The position numbers and the translations under genes are program-made. Shown piece by piece: positions 44,216-58,478 of a DNA stretch of 64,000 nt; positions within the stretch are counted from its first letter, which is position 1, and the number at the start of each line of letters is the position of its first letter. This stretch comes from Octopus vulgaris (lineage: Eukaryota), in contig OX597822.1 of assembly GCA_951406725.2 (NCBI GenBank), forward strand, positions 102,796,001 to 102,860,000, read 5' to 3'. The notes below the pieces were generated by a model. That model was not told the origin of the DNA. It saw only the letters and a program-made list of their open reading frames with translations, and made no database searches.

Positions 44216-47200
44216 TGTGATTAAATACCTTGCGGTATTTGTTCCGGCTCTTATGTTCTGAGTTCGATAAAGTATCAGTCAACAGGGGTTGATTTAATCA
44301 GCTAACCTTCCCCTCTTCCTAATTTTGAAGGTTTGTCCCTATATTGGTTTCAAATTTTGGCACAAGGCCAGCAATTTTGGGGGAGGAGGTAAGTCAGATA
44401 CATTGATCCCAGTGCTCAACTGGTACTTATTTTATTGACCCTGAAAGGATAAAAGGCAAAGTTGGCCTAAGCAGAATTTGAACTCTGATGTAAATTTGGA
44501 CAAGATGCCACTAAGCATCTCGCCCAGTGTGCTAATGATGCAGCCAGCTTGCCATCTTAAAGCTTGTCCCTATATCAGAAGCAATATTGTTGTTTTGGCT
44601 TATTTGTACCAATTTCTAAATTCCCCATAATCTTTAGTTAAGTATTTCTTCTTCCTTTTTTAAACATTTTCTGCAATTATTTATTTAGTTAAAATTGAAA
44701 TACCAAAAGTTTTGCATGATTTTGCATCAAAGTAAATGTTGGAAACACAATGCCATTTTACGGTAGAAATAGGAAATTTTAGTTCTTGGAAAGAACTGAA
44801 ATTAGCATAATGTGTTGCTAGTGTGTTGGTTTGTCAAATTGTTGATGACCTAGCAACTACTAAAAAAAAATAGATAAAATATAAAAGTAAACAAGATACT
44901 CTTTTACTTGTTTCAGTCATTTGACTGTGGCCATGCTGGAGCACCGCCTTTAGTCGAGCAAATCGACCCTCGGACTTATTCTTTGTAAGCCTAGTACTTA
45001 TTCTATCGGTCTCTTTTGCTGAACCGCTAAATTACGGTGATGTAAACACACCAGCATCAGTTGTCAAGCAATGTTGGGGGGACAAACACACACACATTTA
45101 CGACGGGCTTCTTTCAGTTTCCGTCTACCAAATCCACTCACAAGGCTTTGGTTGGCCTGAGGCTATAGTAGAAGACACTTTGCCCAAAGTGCCACGCAGT
45201 GGGACTGAACCCAGAACTGTGTGGTTTGTAAACAAGCTACTTACCACACAGCCATTCCTACGCCTAATATAATATTGGTGATCAAGGAAGACATCAACAA
45301 AGAACCCAAGAATACCAACTATTCCTGCCTATTCCAATGTACTTGAAGCTACAGAAGTGATGATGCTTCATTGTCAGAATTGTGTGGTACCCCAGCTGCC
45401 ACTATGAGAGGTTTCCTGTCTCTGGCTTGAAGAAGTTGCAGCCTTTAGTAATCACTGAAGTTGTTGACTGACTACACAATACTTCAGCAAGAGATGCAGT
45501 TTTGAGAAGTAGGGAGCTGAAAAACCATGACTACTCTTGCCTGTGGTTTAATAGATGTTTGAAAGATCGAGGTCGTTGCCAGTACTGCCTGACTGGCCCC
45601 CGTGCCGTTGGCATGTAAAAAGCACCCACTACACTCTCGGAGTGGTTGGCGTTAGGAAGGGCATCCAACTGTAGAAACTCTGCCAAATCAAGAATGGAGC
45701 CTGGTGCAGCCGTCTGGTTTGCCAGCCCCCAGTCAAAATCGTCCAACCCATGCTAGCATGGAAAGCGGACACTAAACGATGATGATGATGCATTTGGGCT
45801 ATGTTAATTCTAATCTTCAGATATTGGCATCTAGGGAGTATGATAGGCTAAAGCATGGCTTTGTAATTTCATGTTCGGTCCCATTGTATGGCATTTTAGG
45901 CAAAGGGTTGACTAATACCCTATGTGTGAATACGAAACTGAAAAGCTTGTCATGTGCAGAGTCTGCCAAAAAATTGTATACACACTTCAGGAAAGAAAAA
46001 ATCTGTATAAATATTTAATTTGTGTAAATCTATTATATAAGATCTGTTCTGTCTGTGTGTGTGTCTTCTAGGATCTCGGGCATCCTCCATCCGATTGCGC
46101 TCAAATTTGATATGTAGATACCAACAGTATCAGGGCGTGTATAAATCTTGAAAAAATTACAAAAATCGACTCCAGGTAAGAATGTGATCAATAAAGCCGT
46201 GGGATCGTGCATTTGTACGTGCAAGTACATCAGTCGAAATCCGTCTTTTGCTGGTGTCTCAGATTTAGGTTAAATCAGTGTTTCTCAAAGGGGAGGCCTA
46301 TGGGACGGTCGGACAAGTTGTTTTGAGAAAATTTGGTTTAAATGTTTGACAACTCAGCACCGTCCATTGGACAGGGGGCGTTTTGCTCGTACCTCTATAA
46401 ATATAGATACCTCTTTTGATGTTTTATCAAATTGCCATAACACTGAATTAAAATATACAGATTTTTACTTTCTTGATGTCATCATCATCATCATCGTTTA
46501 ACGTCCGCTTTCCATGCTAGCCTGGGTTGGACGGTTCGACCGGGGTCTGGGAAGCCAGGAGGCTGCACCAGGCTCCAGTCTGGTTTGGCAGTGCTTCTAC
46601 GGCTGGATGCCCTTCCTAACGCCAACCACTCCGTGAATGTAGTGGGTGTTTTTTTACGTGACACCAGCACAGGGGCCAGAGGAGGCTGGCAAATGGCCAC
46701 GATCGGTTGGTGCTTTTTACATGCCACTGGCACAGAAGCCAGTCAAGGCGACGCTGGCAACTGCCATGTTCGGATGGTGCTTTTAACGTGTCACCGGTAC
46801 AGGTGTCTTAACTACAGACTCTATGTGTGTGTGTGTGTTCATGACATTGCATGATAGTTGTAAATGAGAGTCACTGTCACAAACAATAACTCTGAGCACC
46901 TTTTCAAACTCCACCCATCTAACACCCGTGGACATGTTTACAAAGTCAGAAAACAGCACAGCTCCCATGACTTTCGGAAACATTTTTTCATGCTAAGAGT
47001 GGCTGAAGCATGGAACAAACTGCCAGCATCAGTTGTTAGTTATCGGAGCACTGCATCCTTCAAAACTTCCATGCTTCCTGAGATTCGTCAACACTTCACC
47101 TGATTTTCTCCCCTCCATAAACACGCAAGCATGTATCTGACTCCTACACTGTTCACTTCCCAGACATTTGTACATTACTGCATATGCTTTATACGCACTT

Positions 47201-48307
47201 TCTGACAAGTTGTGGTGCACCTGAGCACTGCATACAATAATTTCATTATTATTATTATCTTTGATCTCTATATTGTTTTGTCACATCAGCATATATTCAT
47301 CTATCTATATTCATAGATATTTCTCTATTGCCATTAATCTAGTACATCTAAAAAGGACCATGCTTTAACGGATGAGGTCTAATAAAACCGAAATTCTGGA
47401 GTTGTCATCATTTCTGCTAAAGATCAAGCTCCGTCCTCTCATCCCGCACAAAAAGTACCTATTTTCAGGTCTTATTAAGCGTTTAGTACAGAAGCTGTTT
47501 GGATTTTGAGTTGCCTCCCTTACCTCTGGTTTAGTTAATCATTGTTTAACAAGATTTAACTTGCCACTGTACAGGTGTCTTGATTAATTAACGTTGTCAT
47601 GCCTACAGCAATATAGACGTCAGCAATTACTTCAATGTTTAATTAATCCATATCAGTTTATAAAGTGTCTGCAACAGGCTGTCCTCAGTAACATTGAATT
47701 ACAACAGAACTTGGTAGAATAATTGGAATGCCAGACAAAATATGTCTTGCAGAATTAATCCAAAGCCCCTTATGGTTTGAGTTCAAAGCCAGATGCGGTC
47801 AACTTTTCCTTTTATCTTTCCAGAGTTAATAAAATAATTTGCCAATCTATGTCTGTGACCTTGTTTAAGTTTATGCTTCTCCAAAGATCACTCAGCTGCA
47901 AGTGATCTTTGGAGAAGATGCCATTTCTTCTGCCAATAGGTTTGCACCTTTTGAAAATGTACAGAATAAGATACACCTTGAAAACAGGAAGAGGATCCAG
48001 CTGTTAAACAATACCTCGATAATGTATTCATCTAATGCATGTTGGCATGGAAAGACATTTAAAACTGAATTGAATACATATATATATGTTGGCATCCTTT
48101 CATCTCGGGAGACAGTGGAATTGCGCATAAGATCAGTTTTGTACAGGCCTGGGCTAGATGTAAGAAAATCTTGAAAATCCTGAAAGTCAAAGTTGACCTT
48201 AGTGGAATTTGAACTTAATGTAAAGATGGATGAATGCCTCTAGGCATTTTTCCCAGTGTGCTAATGGTTCTGCCAGTTTGTCACCTTAAATGTACCAGTA
48301 ATTATTA

Positions 48308-49305
48308 TTTGACTGTCAAGTACGAAATTTGTAGAAAAGAAAAAAAAAGTTTGGTAATGTTTTATAAATACAAGGAATAGTTTTATTCATCAAAGTATGC
48401 ACACATATTGTCAATAGACTTTTGCCATTTCAGCAGTAGCTGGTCTAGCCCAGAACTGTAAAAGCCTGGCAATCTAGAGTAAATAAAATCTTGGAAGGCC
48501 TGTTTTACAGCATTGCCAGAATTAAATTTTTTTCCTATCAAAAAGTTATCCAAATTCTGGAAGAAGTGGGGGCAAGATCAGGTGAGTATGGTGGATGATG
48601 GAGAACTTCCAACTCCAACTCCTGTAGTTTCGCCAATGTCATTTTTGCGATGTGTGGTTTGGCATTGTCTTGCAACAAAATAAAAGTGGATCATTTTGAG
48701 AAAGTAGCATAATAGAGGCTTCCAAACGTTGCTGTTTCTGATTTTCATTGAGTTCTGGTGGAACCCACTTATCCAACTTTTTCACTTTACTGATTTGAAC
48801 AAGGTGAGTCAATATTGTTTGCTTGCAAACAACAAACAACGATGATCATTCACGGGCACTTTGAGATGGATCTGACTCGACGGTGGCTTTCAGTTTGTCA
48901 TTATCCACTTTTGTTTCTGGTTGACCGTGTTGCTCATTTGTGAGGTCAAAGTTACCAGAACGAAATTTTGCAAACCAATTTGATACTGTCTGCTGTGTAA
49001 TAATATTAGAATGAAATGCTCCATTAATATTCTGAGCTGTCTGTGATGCTGTATGTCCAAGAAAGAACTCATATTTCAAAACTGTACGAATTTCTGACTT
49101 ATCCATCTCTATATATCCATCTCAAAAATAGCAAAAAATGATTTATAAATACTTTATAAAGCACAAAATGAGTTAGAATAAAGAAATAGATGTGTCAGCT
49201 TTCTAACAAAAAATAAAAATTGTCAAAATATAATAACAGCATAAAATGAGCAGTGATCAAAGTCTACCATATACCTTGCTACAAATTTCACACTTGACGA
49301 CCTAA
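48308..49305 (-). mobile_element. Internally deleted mariner transposon (transposase pseudogene)
   Basis: MDKSEIRTVLKYEFFLG...WFAKFRSGNFDL, KKLDKWVPPEL and HPPYSPDLAP motifs; ~27-bp TIRs (..GTCAAGT..GAAATTTGTAG) with TA flanks. Confidence 0.93.
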
Positions 49306-51526
49306 TAACAACAAATGTCAAATGGATTATGAAACCCCCCAAAATTCAGAACCACTATTGTAAGATGTGATATGAGGGAGCTTTAGCTGCAATTTCTAGC
49401 AAAGAGCAGTAATACAGTAAAGCACTCATGGCCAACTCATAGGACTTTCTGAATGGCATGCTTAATGAAAAAATTGTGTGGGTCACCTAATGATAATCCA
49501 TGTCTCATGTGGACCACTCCTCAACAAAGGTTGCCATGCTTGCTGTGGAGGGCTCCCTCATTGACTTGGTAAGGAAGGGAATTGATTTTGAGAAGGTGAA
49601 AGAACTGGATTATTGATCAAATCATTACTAAATTGAATGCGATGTTCTCTTAATTTCTAGATGTGTGGTTTAGTAAGAGAAAGGGCAGTTTTTCAACAAA
49701 TCTCATCTTAACTTGTATAGCAGAAAGGGAGAAAAATAAAGAAAGGGACAGTGTAAGATCTTGCAGACCCTTTAATCTGTCTGAGGTTTTGACAATCTCT
49801 CTACTGTTGGTGCCATGATTAGACATGCTCCGTATATTCTGTGTTATGAAGGGCATCTGGCCATAGAAATATAAACAATGAAATGTATGACATGTGGTCT
49901 TCTGGTCAGTCTGGAGCACTGACTTAGGCTGCAACAGCTCATCCAATTCATGCCCACATATTAAGCAGATGTAAAATGATGTTGATATGATGATGATTGA
50001 TGGTTGACGATGGTGATGTTGGTGGTGATCATGATGATTAATGAAAATGTTGATGACTGATGATGATTGGTAATAATGAGGATTGATGATGATGAGGAGG
50101 AGGATCATTGTGGTGGCAGTGCTGGGGATTGGAGTGGGGTGAAGGCAATGGCAGGGCATTGGCAGCAGTGGCAGCCCAGTAGAAGAAATGATTTGGACTA
50201 GGACTAAATCCTGACTAATGTTAAATATTCTTTTCTACTTTAGGCACAAGGCCTGAAATTTTGGGGGAGAGGGCCAGTCGATTAAATCAACCCCAGTACA
50301 CAACTGGTACTTAATTTATCGACCCCAAAAGGATGAATGGCAAAGTCAACTTTGGCGGAATTTGAACTCAGAATGTATGGACGAAATACTGCTAAGCATT
50401 TCGCCCAATGTGCTAACATTTCTGCCAGCTCACCGCCTCTCATGTTTGATATTAAAAGAAAAATCAATTCAAATACACCTTGACGAGAAATTTCTAAAAC
50501 AAAAATTTACTAAGAATATCTGAAGTGAGACTACAACCAAGGAAGTATACACGACGCCCAGTTATTTCATAGTTGAAAGTTCTTTGGGAATTACCCTTAT
50601 ATTAATTAATTAAAAAAAAGCTAAATATCTATGTTGTCATGCCTTGATTACTTCAGCCCATATGATAACATTCCTTTACCAATAATTATCCTAATCAACT
50701 ATATATCACCCTTTTTTTTTTTTTACTTGTTTCAGTCATTTGACTGCGGCCATGCTGGAGCACCGCCTTTAGTCGAACAAATCGACCCCCAGGACTTATT
50801 CTTTGTTAGCCTAGTACTTATTCTATCGGCCTCTTTTGCCGAACTGCTACGTTACAGGGACGTAAACACACCAGCATCAGTTGTCAAGCGATGCTGAGGG
50901 GACAAACACAGACACACAAACATATACACACACATACATATATATATATATACATATATATACGACGGGCTTCTTTCAGTTTCCGTCTACCAAATCCAAT
51001 CACAAGGCTTTGGTCGGCCCGAGGCTATAGTAGAAGACACTTGCCCAAGGTGCCACGCAGTGGGACTGAACCCAGAACCATGTGGTTGGTAAGCAAGCTA
51101 CTTACCACACAGCCACTTCTGTGCCTAAGACTATGGAATTTTATCAAGTAGAATAGACAGGCCTGGTTGCTCATTATGTAATTACCCATAAATAAACAGC
51201 ATCTAATCATCATAGTCACTTTACGATTGATGGAAACGCATCCGAGTAAGATTTAAATGTTTAACGAGGAGAAACTAGTTTTCCATACATCAAAATTGAG
51301 TCCACACAGCAACAGGAAACCATTTTTATAGGTTTTTAGTGGTTCAGACGAAATACTTTGCAGCATTTTGTTCTGTCTGCTTTATGTTTTGAGTTCAAAT
51401 TCCTTTGAGGTTGACTTTGTCTTTTTGTCATTGTGTGTGTGTGTGAGTGGGGTGCCAGTAAAATAAAGTACACATTGAGTACTGAGGTCAATGTAATCAA
51501 CTGAGCACTGTATACAATAATTTCAT

Positions 51527-52320
51527 TCATTATTATTATTATTATTATTTAATAATAGCAAGTAACCCACTGTCTCTGAAATTGTTGACCTTGTACCAAA
51601 AATTGAAATCATCATGGCAAATAAAAGAAATCATTATTATTATTAGAAATACTAAATTTCTAAATCTCTCGTAGAGACATGAACGGTGGTGGGGCAATAG
51701 AATGGTTGTATACTGTCAATCTAACACGAACGTAACAATAGGGGGTACACCACCGCTGTTTAGCCCTAGGAAGCATCGACGCCTCCGATGGCTTTGACAC
51801 ATTTTTCCTGTGTCCTTTTCGTAAATGTATATAAGGACACAGGAAAAATGTGTCAAAGCCATCAGGAGGCGTTGATGCTTCCTAGGGCTAAACAGCGGTG
51901 GTGTACCCCTACTGTCACGTTCGTGTTAGATTGACAGTATACAACCATTCTATTGCCCCGCCACCATACATGTCTCTACGAGAGATTTAGAAATTTAGTA
52001 TTTCTAATAATAATAATGATTTCTTTTATTTGCCATGATGATTTCAATTTTTGGTACAAGGTCAACAATTTCAGAGACAGTGGGTTACTTGTTATTATTA
52101 AATAATAATAATAATAATGACACAGGAAGCATCAACGCCTCCTGATGGCTTTGACACATTTTTCCTGTGTCCTTATATACATTTACGAAGGTGGCGGGGA
52201 AGGACACAGGAAAAATGTGTCAAAGCCATCAGGAAGCGTCGATGCTTCCTAGGGCTAAACAGCGGTGGTGTACCCCACTACTGTCACGTTCGTGTTAGAT
52301 TGACAGTATACAACCATTCC
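51527..52320. repeat. Large near-perfect palindrome (~290-bp arms, 15-nt loop) plus a second partial hairpin
   Basis: 51527-51817 is the reverse complement of 51833-52120; the core hairpin is repeated at 52124-52320. Confidence 0.92.
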
Positions 52321-52559
52321 ATTATTATTATTATTATTATTACTATTATTATTAAGGTGGCAAGCTGGCAGAATTGTTAGCATGCTGGGCGAAATGTTTA
52401 GCGGTATTTCGCCTGTCGTTACGTTCTGAGTTCAAATTCCACTGGGGTTGTCTTTGCTTTTCATCCTTTCGGGGTCGATTAAATAAGTACCACTGGGGTT
52501 AATGTAATCGGCTTAATCCTTTCTCCCAAATTTGAGGCCTTGTGCGTTCAGTAAAAAGG

Positions 52560-52606
<47 letters not shown>

Positions 52607-54289
52607 TATGATGGTGAGCTGGCTAAACCATTATGCATGATGGACAAAATGCTTAGTGGCATTTCATATGTCTTTACATTCTGAGTTTAAATTCCTCTGA
52701 GTTGACTTCGCCTTTCATCTAGTTGGAGGTCAATAAGATAAGTACCAGTTGAACACTGGGGTTGATGAAATCAACTAGCCCCCTCCCCCAAAATTTCAGG
52801 CCTTGTACTTATAGTAGAAAGGATTATTATTATTATTATTAAGGCATTGGATTGGCAGAATCTTTAGCATGCCAGAATCTGTAGCAGTATTTCGCCCATC
52901 GCTACGTTCTGAGTTCAAATTCCGCCGAGGTCGACTTTGCTTCTCATCCTATCGGGGTCGATTAAATAAGTACCGGTTACGCACTGGGGTCGATATAATC
53001 GACTTAATCCGTTTGTCTGTCCTTGTTTGTCTCCTCTGTGTGTAGCCCCTTGTGGGCATTAAAGAAATAAGAATCTTTAGCATGCCAGACACAAAATGCT
53101 TGGTGATATTTCATCTGTCTCTACTTTCTGAGTTCAAATTCCACCAAGTTCAACTTTGCTTTTCGTCTTTGCAGGGTTGAAGACATATAAGTACCAGTTG
53201 GTCACGAAGTCGATGTAATCAACTAGTGTCCTTACCTTCAATTTCAAGCTTCTTGTCTGTTATAGAAAGAATTATTATCAGAGAGCTGAGAGAAGCATTA
53301 GTGTATCAGACAAAATGCTTTGAGACATTTTGTCTGTCTTTATGTTCTGAGTTCAAATTCTTATTGCTTTATTGCCCACAAGGGGCTAAATATAGAGGGG
53401 ACAAACAAGGACAGACAAAGGAATTAAGTTGATTATAACAACCCCGGTGCATAACTGGTACTTAATTTATCGACCCTGAAAGGATGAAAGGCAAAGTCAA
53501 CCTCGGCAGAATTTGAACTCAGAACGTAGCGCAGACACAATACCTATTTTTTTACTACCCACAAGGGGCTAAACACAGAGGGGACAAACAAGGACAGACA
53601 AATGAATTAAGTCGATTACATCGAACCTAGTGCGTAACTGGTACTTTATTTATCGACCTGGAAAGGATGTAAGGCAAAGTCAACCTCGGCAGAATTTGAA
53701 CTCAGAACGTAACGGCAGACAAAATACAGCTACGCATTTTGTCCGGTGTGCAATGATTCTGCCAGCTCGCTGCCCTTAGTTCCGAGTTCAAATTCTACTG
53801 AGGTGGTGGTGGTGGTGGTGGCAGTGGCGACAACAGTGGCAGTGGTGATGGTGTTGGTAGTGATGGTGATGTGGTGGTGGTGGAGGTGGTTATGGTGGTG
53901 ACAAATATAGATATGCGTAAATCTATGATATTTGTCGAACTGGCTGATTTCAATTGATGTTAATGAACTGAAAAGTCCGCAGTTGATAATCCATCATCAA
54001 GTACTGCATTATGTCATTAGTCACAACACTCCACTGTCAAATGACCTCATCTACCTGATTGCAAAAGAGTGTGATGTCTGATTGGCAAGTGCTTTTGTTA
54101 GCTAGCAGTGCTGAGTTCTAATTTTGCCAAGGTGAGGAAGAGACAGACACCATATCAAGACCAAATTGTCAAATAAGGCCTCTACAAATTCAATGGGACA
54201 TCATCATCATCATCATTATCATTATCATCGTCAGTATTACCATCATCATCACCACCATCATTATCCTCCTCCTCCTCCTCATCATCATC

Positions 54290-54622
54290 ATCAACAGCCT
54301 CTTCCTCTTCTCCCTATAATCAAATTCTCCTCCTCCTCCTCCTCATCATCATCACCAACAGCTCCTTCCTCTTCCTCCTTATCATCATAAACCTCCTCCT
54401 CATCATCATCATCAACAGCCTCTTCATCTTCCTCCTTATCATCATAAACCTCCTCCTCCTCATCATCAACAGCCTCTTCCTCTTCCTCCTTATCATCATA
54501 AACCTCCTCCTCCTCCTCCTCATCATCATCATCAACAGCCTCTTCCTCTTCCTCCTTATCATCATAAACCTCCTCCTCCTCATCATCATCATCAACAGCT
54601 TCTTCTTCCTCCTTATCATCAT
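54290..54622. repeat. Compound (CCT/CAT) minisatellite, ~50-60-bp unit
   Basis: Repeated caacagcctcttcctcttcctccttatcatcataaac(ctc)n(atc)n. Confidence 0.85.
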
Positions 54623-54826
54623 AACAACACAGCTCCCATGACTTTCGGAAACATTTCTTCACGCTCAGAGTTGCTGAAGCATGGAATAAACTGCCTGCGT
54701 CAGTTGTTGACTGCCATGACACTGCATCCTTCAAGGCCCTCATGCTTTCCGAAATCCGTCGAAACTACACCTGATTATATATGCACTTTAGATGAGTTGT
54801 AGTGCACCTGAGCACTGTACACAATG

Positions 54827-54864
<38 letters not shown>

Positions 54865-55592
54865 AACCTCCTCCTCCTCATCATCATCATCATCAACAGC
54901 CTCTTCCTCTTCTTCCTTATCATCATAAACCTCCTCCTCCTCATCATCATCACCATCAACAGACTCTTCCTCTTCCTCCTGTTGTCATTGTTGTTGTAGT
55001 CCTTGACATCATCATCATCGTTTTAACATTTATTTCTCCACGTTTGCATGGGGCAGACAGAATTTACTGAAGTAGATTTTCTTTCATTGGATGCTCTTCC
55101 TGTTACCAACCCTCACCTGTTTCTAAGCAAAGGTAATATTTCCCCTTGGCAATTTTTTTTCATGGAAGATTGGAAAATAAATGATACGACTTGTTTTGGG
55201 GGCAGTTCTTCTTTATGTGAAAGGTAGACTCTTTGATGCCTGTCTGCAAATAAATGACATGACTAGTGGCTGCTGGAATGCCTACAGGAGGCGAGAAAGT
55301 TTATTAGGGACTCATTTGTGTAATAGGTTTATTGCCTATTAAACTGTTTGTAATTGTAATGGACTTTTTAGTCCATAAAGTGTAATAAAATTGTAAGAGG
55401 GTTAATATCTCATCCAGTATTTAAAAAAAAAAAAACAATGTTTTAGAGAAGCAAAAGTCGGCAGCTTGCTTCCCAACCACAGGGTCCTGGGTTCAGTCCC
55501 ACTGTGTGGCACCTTGGATGTGTCTTCCACTATAGCCTTGGGTCAACCAAAGCTTAGTGAGTGGATTTGGTAGACAGAAAGTGAAAGAAGCC

Positions 55593-55641
<49 letters not shown>

Positions 55642-55646
55642 TACAG

Positions 55647-55714
<68 letters not shown>

Positions 55715-55719
<5 letters not shown>

Positions 55720-56150
55720 GTATGCAGTAATATATTTCTGGAAGATCCTGGAAGGAATTGTGCCAAATTTTGGCATTGTGAGCTACACCAATGCTAGAAC
55801 GGGACGACACTGCACAGTGCCAAAGATCCCAGCAATGCCATCACGCTTCAGGACCAGCTTCTGCAACAGCCTGGGTTTCAAGGGCCCACAGCTTTTTAAT
55901 ATTCTCCCAAAGAGTCTGAGGAACTTGCACAAAGTAGATGTAGCAGTTTTTAAATCAAAGCTGGACATCTTCCTGTCAAGAGTCCCAGATGAACCTACCT
56001 CACGGTAAGAGGTGCAAATGAGAGTAGCTATATCAAACTCCATTCTTCACCAAGTGCCACATATTAGACGAGGTTCGTCGCAATAACAGTGTAGCACGAA
56101 ACGGCGGTGCATCAGCATGGCCGCAGCTCTGAGCTGAAACAAGAAAGAAA
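55715..56150 (+). mobile_element. LINE 3' end (CR1/L2-group-like), probable partner of SINE family B
   Basis: RYAVIYFWKILEGIVPNFG...GFKGPQLFNILPKSLRN...FKSKLDIFLSRVPDEP; 3' tail shared with SINE B. Confidence 0.85.
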
Positions 56151-57255
56151 AAAAAAATTATATACATATATAGGCGCAGGAGTGGCTGTGTGGTAAGTAG
56201 CTTGCTAACCAACCACATGGTTCCGGGTTCAGTCCCACTGCGTGGCATCTTGGGCTAGTGTCTTCTGCTATAGCCCCGGGCCGACCAATGCCTTGTGAGT
56301 GGATTTGGTAGACGGAAACTGAAAGAAGCCTGTCGTATATATGTATATATATATAAGTGTGTGTGTATATGTTTGTGTGTCTGTGTTTGTCCCCCTAGCA
56401 TTGCTTGACAACCGATGCTGGTGTGTTTACGTCCCCGTCACTTAGCGGTTCGGCAAAAGAGACCGATAGAATAAGTACTGGGCTTACAAAAGAATAAGTC
56501 CCGGGGTCGATTTGCTCGATTAAAGGCGGTGCTCCAGCATGGCCGCAGTCAAATGACTGAAACAAGTAAAAGAAAGAAAGAATATATATCAAGTGTGTAC
56601 CTGATTGATTCGGAAATTCGTTTTCCCACATTATTCAAATATATATATATTGTGTTTGTGCGCGCGTGCGCATATGTGTGAAAGGGTTGAATTATATTTC
56701 GTCCTTTTTATCTTGGAGGGTTCCAAAAAAACGATTTTTCTAATAAAGAGTCTTCATATTTTGCTGGTAGTTTAGGAAATATGAAAATAATACTTGTATA
56801 TGGTGTGTTATGTGAATTTATGGGAAGGTATCTCATAGAACTCAACAAATTTGTTAAAAATGGAGAAGAGAAGATGTTAAATTTAGTCAATGCCTTATAT
56901 ATTGATACTCATAATTTGAAATTCTTTCCTAGCTGTATTATCTCCCTTACATTGTTATTTTTTTTAATTTACTGCATTTAACTAAACCACTGAACGTTCT
57001 TTTTAATATTTATAGCCACAGCAAGTATTTACTATCTATATTCTCTTTTACTCTTTTACTTGTTTCAGTCATTTGACTGCGGCCATGCTGGAGCACCGCC
57101 TTTAGTCGAGCAACTCGACCCCGGGACTTATTCCTTTGTAAAGCCCAGTACTTATTCCATCGGTCTCTTTTGCCGAACCGCTAAGTGACGGGGATGTAAA
57201 CACACCAGCATCGGTTGTCAAGCAATGCTAGGGGGACAAACACAAACACACACAT

Positions 57256-57295
<40 letters not shown>

Positions 57296-57723
57296 GACAG
57301 GCTTCTTTCAGTTTCCGTCTACCTATTCCACTCACAGGGCATTGGTCGGCCCGGGGCTATAGCAGAAGACACTTGCCCGAGATGCCACGCAGTGGGACTA
57401 AACCTGGAACCATGTGGTTGGTTAGCAAGCTACTTACCACACAGCCACTCCTGCGCCTATATATGTAATATTAACAATTAATTTCCTGATTCTTATATTT
57501 TTCTTTATATTTAATACATACAAGTGAATATTAGTTCTTACACTAACAGAACCCCATTTTACGTAGTATTTTAAGTATTTCTACCACTAATACTTGCTTT
57601 CATTGCATTCTAGCAGCCCCCTATTTACTACATTCACTAGTTTAATTTCATTCTAACGCACAATTTTTTTAAATACACACCATACCTAATATTGTTTATA
57701 ACTGTCAAGTCATATCCTAATTC

Positions 57724-58169
57724 AGATCTTTTCGGTTTGAATAGCAGTTTTTTCTAGCAGTGTCATATGAAATTGTCACCCATAATTATGATCCTAGTAT
57801 CGAACTATTGCATTTCAATCTGTTTTAGGGTTAGGGTTAGGGTTAGTTAGGGTTAGGGTTAGGGTTAGGGGTGGGGGGAAGGGTATCTTTTTTTTCTTCA
57901 GAAATGTAAATAAACCCAATCTGTTTCTTAAACGAGGGACATTTTCATACGGTGAAAATATTTTCACCTCAATAGACGTCACTGATTGGTTGAAATTGCA
58001 GAAATTGAAGAAAAAACAACAACAAATATCTTACAAACCATAGAATTTTCTCAATAAAGCCAAGAGAAAAAGATGTTTTATAAACACATTCTACCAGTAT
58101 ATGAAGTTTAAAAGTGTTTAGTTACGTGGAAATTATTTTAAAAAACTGCCGTTCAAACCGAAAAGATCC
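57724..58169. mobile_element. Merlin-like MITE carrying (TTAGGG)n
   Basis: ~30-bp TIRs (R)GATCTTTTCGGTTTGAA.../...TTCAAACCGAAAAGATCC; perfect 8-bp TSD CCTAATTC (57716-57723, 58170-58177); telomeric repeats at 57825-57870. Confidence 0.85.
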
Positions 58170-58478
58170 CCTAATTCAAACATAACTATGCTTTTCCATT
58201 GGACTTTTCTATTAAACTTCCTTTCATACATGACTTATTTGAAGTATGAATTACTTATCCACTTACTCTTCTATGTGAGTAAGTCTCATAAAACCTTTTC
58301 CACTTACATTTTCAAATAACCGTTAGTTGCCTTAGTTTTAGTTTATACATAACTAGACTCACATCCTTTATTATGTTGCTTGTAATTTCCACAAGGATAA
58401 ATATGTATATCTAAAATTATTCGCTTCTATTTCTTGTATCAAGGCTTCTGTAATAATAATTTTATGTTTATACTCCTA

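Noticed and set aside
54291-54743. 150-aa acidic ORF (DDKEEEEEAV repeats)
   Set aside because: Antisense CR1 fragment fused to a trinucleotide minisatellite; no gene structure
57825-57870. Chromosome end or telomere fusion
   Set aside because: Short tract inside a TSD-flanked MITE
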